Positions 59,787 to 64,000 of a stretch of DNA of 64,000 nucleotides are shown one piece after another. A model generated the notes under the pieces. The model ran no database searches. It had not been told where the DNA came from and saw only the letters and a list, made by a program, of their open reading frames with translations. Each line of letters begins with the position of its first letter. Within the stretch, counting starts at the first letter, position 1. Made by a program: the position numbers and the translations under genes. Source of the DNA: Comamonadaceae bacterium (GTDB lineage: Bacteria; Pseudomonadota; Gammaproteobacteria; Burkholderiales; Burkholderiaceae_C); the NCBI GenBank assembly GCA_038145425.1, contig JAYQPP010000015.1:2471-66470 (forward strand), read 5' to 3'.

Positions 59787-59883
59787 TCGCGTGGCAGGGC
59801 CATCGCTGAGCTCTCGCTGGATCAGCATGCCCCAAGCTGATCGCATCGATGACGATAAAAATATTGCAAGGAAGGACTGATTC

Positions 59884-60813
59884 ATGACCGCTCTCGTTAT
59901 TGCCGAACACGACAACGCCCAGTTGCGCCCAGCGACTTTGAATGCGCTCACTGCTGCTGCGCAGATGGGTGGCGATGTGCATGTCATGGTGGCGGGCCAT
60001 CAGGCTTCGGGTGCCGCACAAGCGGCCGCGCAGCTCAGCGGTGTGACCAAGGTGCTCCATGTGGACGCGCCAGCGCTTGAGCACGCGCTGGCTGAGAACG
60101 TGGCCGCCGAAGTGCTGGCTGTGGCATCGACCTATAGCCATATTGTTTTTGCCGCTACGGCCTCTGGCAAAAACATTGCACCCAGAGTCGCCGCGCGCCT
60201 GGATGTGGGGCAGATTTCGGACATCACCAAGGTCATCGGCGCAGACACGTTTGAGCGCCCGATTTACGCCGGCAATGCGATCGCCACCGTGCAGTCGAGT
60301 GATGCGGTCAAGGTCATTACCGTGCGAACAACAGCGTTTGATGCGGCCGCAGCGGGAGGGCAGGCTGCCGTGGAAACCCTGGGTGCGCAAGCGGCCTTCG
60401 CTGGCACAGCCTATGTCGGCAGCGAAATTGCCCAAAGTGACCGTCCTGAGCTCACAGCGGCCAAGGTGATCGTCAGTGGTGGCCGTGCGCTGGGCTCAGA
60501 GGAGAAGTTCAACGAGGTGCTGACGCCCTTGGCTGACAAGCTTGGTGCCGCCCTGGGTGCCAGCCGGGCCGCGGTCGATGCGGGCTACGCCCCTAATGAC
60601 TGGCAGGTCGGACAGACCGGCAAGATTGTGGCGCCTGAGCTCTACATCGCAGCAGGTATCAGTGGTGCGATCCAGCATCTGGCGGGCATGAAGGACTCCA
60701 AGGTGATCGTGGCCATCAACAAAGATCCGGAAGCGCCCATTTTTGGCGTTGCCGATTACGGTCTGGAGGCCGATCTGTTTGCAGCAGTCCCGGAACTCGT
60801 GAAAGCCCTTTGA
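59884..60813 (+). CDS. etfA: Electron transfer flavoprotein alpha subunit
   Basis: [47 protein letters not shown] and [10 protein letters not shown]. Confidence 0.97.
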   Translation: MTALVIAEHDNAQLRPATLNALTAAAQMGGDVHVMVAGHQASGAAQAAAQLSGVTKVLHVDAPALEHALAENVAAEVLAVASTYSHIVFAATASGKNIAPRVAARLDVGQISDITKVIGADTFERPIYAGNAIATVQSSDAVKVITVRTTAFDAAAAGGQAAVETLGAQAAFAGTAYVGSEIAQSDRPELTAAKVIVSGGRALGSEEKFNEVLTPLADKLGAALGASRAAVDAGYAPNDWQVGQTGKIVAPELYIAAGISGAIQHLAGMKDSKVIVAINKDPEAPIFGVADYGLEADLFAAVPELVKAL

Positions 60814-60871
60814 GGGCAGAAGCCGGGCTGCCCGGCTCGGCGAGATCGTTGGTTTTTAGCGGAGGATTCAC

Positions 60872-62662
60872 ATGAGCTATGTCGCACCCGTCAAAGACAT
60901 GCTGTTCAACATTGAGCACCTGGCGCAGATCGATCAGATTGCCCAGATGCCCGGCATGGAAGATGCCAATCTGGACACGGCAGCTGCCATTCTGGAGGAA
61001 TCGGCCCGGTTTTGTTCGGAAGTGCTGAGCCCGCTGAACTGGGAAGGCGACAAGAACCCATCGGCTTGGTCCAAAGACGGTGTGACTTCGACCCCTGGAT
61101 TTCAGGATGCTTACCGGCAGTACATCGAGGCAGGTTGGCAAGGCTTGCAACACCCGTCCGACTACGGCGGGCAGGGCTTGCCTAAAACCGTTGGCGCCGC
61201 CGTGGGTGAAATGCTCAATTCCTCGAACCTGAGCTTTGCGCTGTGCCCTTTGCTCACCGATGGCGCCATCGAGGCCTTGCTGACGGCTGGCTCTGAGGAG
61301 CTCAAGCGTGTGTACCTGGAGAAACTGGTCAGTGGCCAGTGGAGTGGCACCATGAACCTGACCGAGCCGCAGGCTGGCAGTGATCTGGCAGCGGTGCGCT
61401 CGCGCGCCCAGGCCCAAGCCGATGGCAGCTACAAGGTTTTTGGCACCAAGATTTTTATCACCTGGGGTGAACACGATCTCACCGAAAACATCGTGCATCT
61501 GGTGCTGGCCCGCATTGAGGGCGCGCCCCCGGGCATCAAAGGCATCAGCCTGTTCCTGGTGCCCAAGTTCCTGGTTCGGGCCGATGGTTCCCTGGGTGAG
61601 CGCAATGACGTCCACTGCGTCAGCATTGAACACAAGCTGGGCATCAAAGCCAGCCCGACGGCTGTGCTGCAGTACGGCGATCACGGTGGCGCCGTCGCTT
61701 ACCTCGTGGGCGAGGAAAACAAGGGCTTGCAGTACATGTTCATCATGATGAATGCAGCGCGCTACGCGGTCGGCGTTCAAGGGGTAGCGGTGGCCCAGGC
61801 GGCCTACCAAAAGGCGGTGGACTATGCGCGCCAGCGCGTACAGAGCCGGCCGGTCGATGGCTCACTGCCTGGTGCCGGGCCGATCATCGTGCACCCTGAT
61901 GTCAAGCGCATGTTAATGACGATTCGGGCGCACACCGAGGCCTGCCGGGCCATGGCCTGTGTGGCCGCTGCCGCCTACGATGCGGCACACCACCACCCGG
62001 CAGCAGATGTGCGTGCCGAGAACCAAGCGTTCTACGAATTTCTGGTTCCCTTGGTGAAGGGCTACAGCACAGAGATGAGCCTGCAGGCGACCAGCTTGGC
62101 CGTGCAGGTTCATGGTGGCATGGGCTTTATTGAAGAGACCGGTATCGCGCAGCTGTACCGCGACGCCAAAATTCTGACCATTTACGAAGGAACGACCGCG
62201 ATCCAGGCCAATGATCTGGTAGGGCGCAAAACCGTGCGTGACGGGGGTGAGACCGCACGAGCCCTGGCGGCGCGCGTCAAAGAGACGGAGGATGCGCTCA
62301 AGGCCAGGGGCGATGCGGATGCGGCGGCGCTGGCTGCGCGCTTGGCTGCGGCGCGTTTGGCCTTTGTGGAGGTGGTTGACTTTGTCGCTGGCCAGGCCGG
62401 CCAGGATCCGAACGCGGTTTTCGCGGGCAGCGTGCCGTACCTGATGTTGGCGGGGCAGTTCATGGCCGGATGGCAAATGGGCCGCGCCATGCTCGCTGCT
62501 CTGGACGCACTGGGCCGAAACGAAGACCGTCAATTCATGCAGGCCAAGGTCCATACCGCTCGTTTTTACGGTGACCATGTGCTCTCTGGCGCAGGCGCCT
62601 TGCGTGACGCCATTGTCGACGGCGCCACGAGCATCGTCGGCATGACGGCTGAGGCCTTCTAG
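60872..62662 (+). CDS. Acyl-CoA dehydrogenase, DmdC-like (3-methylmercaptopropionyl-CoA dehydrogenase family)
   Basis: LCPLLTDGAI, GTMNLTEPQAGSDL, KIFITWGEH, EHKLGIKASPT, QVHGGMGFIEETG and IYEGTTAIQANDL. Confidence 0.88.
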   Translation: MSYVAPVKDMLFNIEHLAQIDQIAQMPGMEDANLDTAAAILEESARFCSEVLSPLNWEGDKNPSAWSKDGVTSTPGFQDAYRQYIEAGWQGLQHPSDYGGQGLPKTVGAAVGEMLNSSNLSFALCPLLTDGAIEALLTAGSEELKRVYLEKLVSGQWSGTMNLTEPQAGSDLAAVRSRAQAQADGSYKVFGTKIFITWGEHDLTENIVHLVLARIEGAPPGIKGISLFLVPKFLVRADGSLGERNDVHCVSIEHKLGIKASPTAVLQYGDHGGAVAYLVGEENKGLQYMFIMMNAARYAVGVQGVAVAQAAYQKAVDYARQRVQSRPVDGSLPGAGPIIVHPDVKRMLMTIRAHTEACRAMACVAAAAYDAAHHHPAADVRAENQAFYEFLVPLVKGYSTEMSLQATSLAVQVHGGMGFIEETGIAQLYRDAKILTIYEGTTAIQANDLVGRKTVRDGGETARALAARVKETEDALKARGDADAAALAARLAAARLAFVEVVDFVAGQAGQDPNAVFAGSVPYLMLAGQFMAGWQMGRAMLAALDALGRNEDRQFMQAKVHTARFYGDHVLSGAGALRDAIVDGATSIVGMTAEAF

Positions 62663-62675
62663 CGCCCAGTTGCCC

Positions 62676-64000
62676 TTAGGCTGGCCAGGTGGCGCCGTGT
62701 TCCGGAACCAGCGCGCGCCAGCCCAGCGTGTGTTCAATGCGCCAGCGCAGTGCGTCGGCGGGTCCCACGTCGCCATGCACCACAAAGACCTGTTCAGGCG
62801 CCTCGGGCATTTGGCGCAGCCAGCCGATCAGCTGATCCGCATCGGCGTGGGCTGAAGCAGACTGCAACTGAACCACCTCTGCGGCAAGGGACACATCACG
62901 CCCATGGATGCGAAGGCTCGCGGCGCCGGCGGCCAGGCTCGCGCCGCGGGTTCCTGGTGCCTGGTAGCCTGTCAGCACAATCATGTTGCGATGGTCGCCA
63001 GCGTAGTGCGCCAGATGGTGCAGCACACGACCGCCCGTCGCCATGCCGCTGGCCGAGAGAATCACCATCGGTCCATGGCGGCTGGCCAGGGCCATCGAGT
63101 CATCGGTGCTGCTGACCATGGTGGCGCTTCGGGTCAGGGCGCGCGTGTCCTGGCGACTCAGACGGTGGCTGCCAATGTGTTGCTCGTACAAATGTGTTGT
63201 CTCGACCGCCATGGGGCTGTCCAGAAAAACCGGTAGCGACGCTGGCAGTTCTCCCTTGGTCTTGAGCAGGTGAATCGCGTGCAGCAGGGCCTGGGCGCGA
63301 CCCACTGCAAACACTGGAACGACAGCGACGCCACCCCGCTTGGCGACCCGTTGCAGCGCTGGGCCAAGTTCGGTAAGCAGGTTTTCCACGGGGTGAATGC
63401 GATCGCCATAAGTCGATTCGATGAGCACGGTGTCGGCTTGCGGTGGTGGCTCGGGCGGGCTCATGAGCAGATCGTCAGGGCGTCCAAGGTCGCCAGAGAA
63501 AAGAATGCGCCGGCCACCGACTTCAATCAGAACGCTGCTGGCGCCCAGAATATGACCTGCTCCGCTCAAGGTCACCCGCCACCCCTTGATGGGGCTGAAG
63601 GTCTCGCCGATCTCATGGGTCTCAAAAGATGACATCGCGTCGAGCGCGTCCCGGCGCGTGTACAAAGGCAGGGCGGTGGCGTGCTTAGACAGTTTGTGTC
63701 GGTTCAGAAATGCAGCATCCTCTTCCTGCAGATGGCCGCTGTCGGGCAGCAGGACAGCGCACAGGTCGCGCGTCGCCGGACTGGCGAATACGCGCTGGTC
63801 ATAACCTTCCTTGACCAGCAATGGCAGGTACCCACTGTGATCCAGGTGGGCGTGCGTCAGCACCACACCATGGATGTGGTCGGGCGAGACCGGTAGCGGA
63901 TTCCAGTTACGCAAACGCAGCTGTTTGTAGCCCTGGAAAAGGCCGCAGTCGACCAGCAGGGCATGATGGCCGTTTCGAACCAGATACTTAGATCCAGTCA
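62676..64000 (-). CDS. Metallo-beta-lactamase/beta-CASP hydrolase (YSH1/CPSF3-like), 5'-truncated at window edge
   Basis: Frame is open past 64000 (TGSKYLVRNGHHALLVDCGLFQG). THAHLDHSG, GAGHILG, FSGDLG, ESTYGDR, SGMATGGRVLHH, SAHAD and VHG. Confidence 0.92.
   Translation of the reverse strand, partial: TGSKYLVRNGHHALLVDCGLFQGYKQLRLRNWNPLPVSPDHIHGVVLTHAHLDHSGYLPLLVKEGYDQRVFASPATRDLCAVLLPDSGHLQEEDAAFLNRHKLSKHATALPLYTRRDALDAMSSFETHEIGETFSPIKGWRVTLSGAGHILGASSVLIEVGGRRILFSGDLGRPDDLLMSPPEPPPQADTVLIESTYGDRIHPVENLLTELGPALQRVAKRGGVAVVPVFAVGRAQALLHAIHLLKTKGELPASLPVFLDSPMAVETTHLYEQHIGSHRLSRQDTRALTRSATMVSSTDDSMALASRHGPMVILSASGMATGGRVLHHLAHYAGDHRNMIVLTGYQAPGTRGASLAAGAASLRIHGRDVSLAAEVVQLQSASAHADADQLIGWLRQMPEAPEQVFVVHGDVGPADALRWRIEHTLGWRALVPEHGATWPA

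Noticed and set aside
59820-60837. Small hairpins GATCAGC/GCTGATC (59820-59842) and AGCCGGG/CCCGGCT (60821-60837) as a REP family
   Set aside because: The two sequences are unrelated to each other and to other spacers. They are ordinary mRNA-stabilising stems.
1-64000. CRISPR array, rRNA, integrase, transposase, prophage or anti-phage defence genes
   Set aside because: No regularly spaced direct repeats were seen, all spacers are 540 bp or less, and every long ORF on the coding strand matches a housekeeping or metabolic family.

Overview
This is a gene-dense 64 kb chromosomal segment of a GC-rich betaproteobacterium. The gene order and protein style point to Burkholderiales, probably Comamonadaceae (inference). 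It is mostly core genome: ygiQ, bdhA/hydrolase/relA/sbcB, upp, yebC-purD-hemF-nadD-rsfS-rlmH-maf-rng, msbA, tolB-pal-cpoB-tcdA-tRNA-Lys, ppiC-bolA-yciB-msrB-selO, a dmdB/LIV-type ABC/beta-oxidation block, comEC, mltB-tgpA-DUF58-moxR, mscS and etfBA-acyl-CoA dehydrogenase. About 9 kb of accessory-looking DNA lies between tRNA-Lys and ppiC (two sugar-acid dehydratases, a structure-rich 540 bp spacer, glcG-AKR-SLC13-GNAT, an alpha-hydroxy-acid oxidase and an FGE-domain protein). A beta-CASP hydrolase is truncated at the right edge. I found no CRISPR array, rRNA, integrase, transposase or defence system. The least explained signals are a roughly 135-nt multi-helix hairpin in the moxR-mscS spacer (57457-57589) and the hairpin/inverted-repeat/small-ORF-rich spacer at 25062-25599. 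I cannot claim a definitively new system from the sequence alone.
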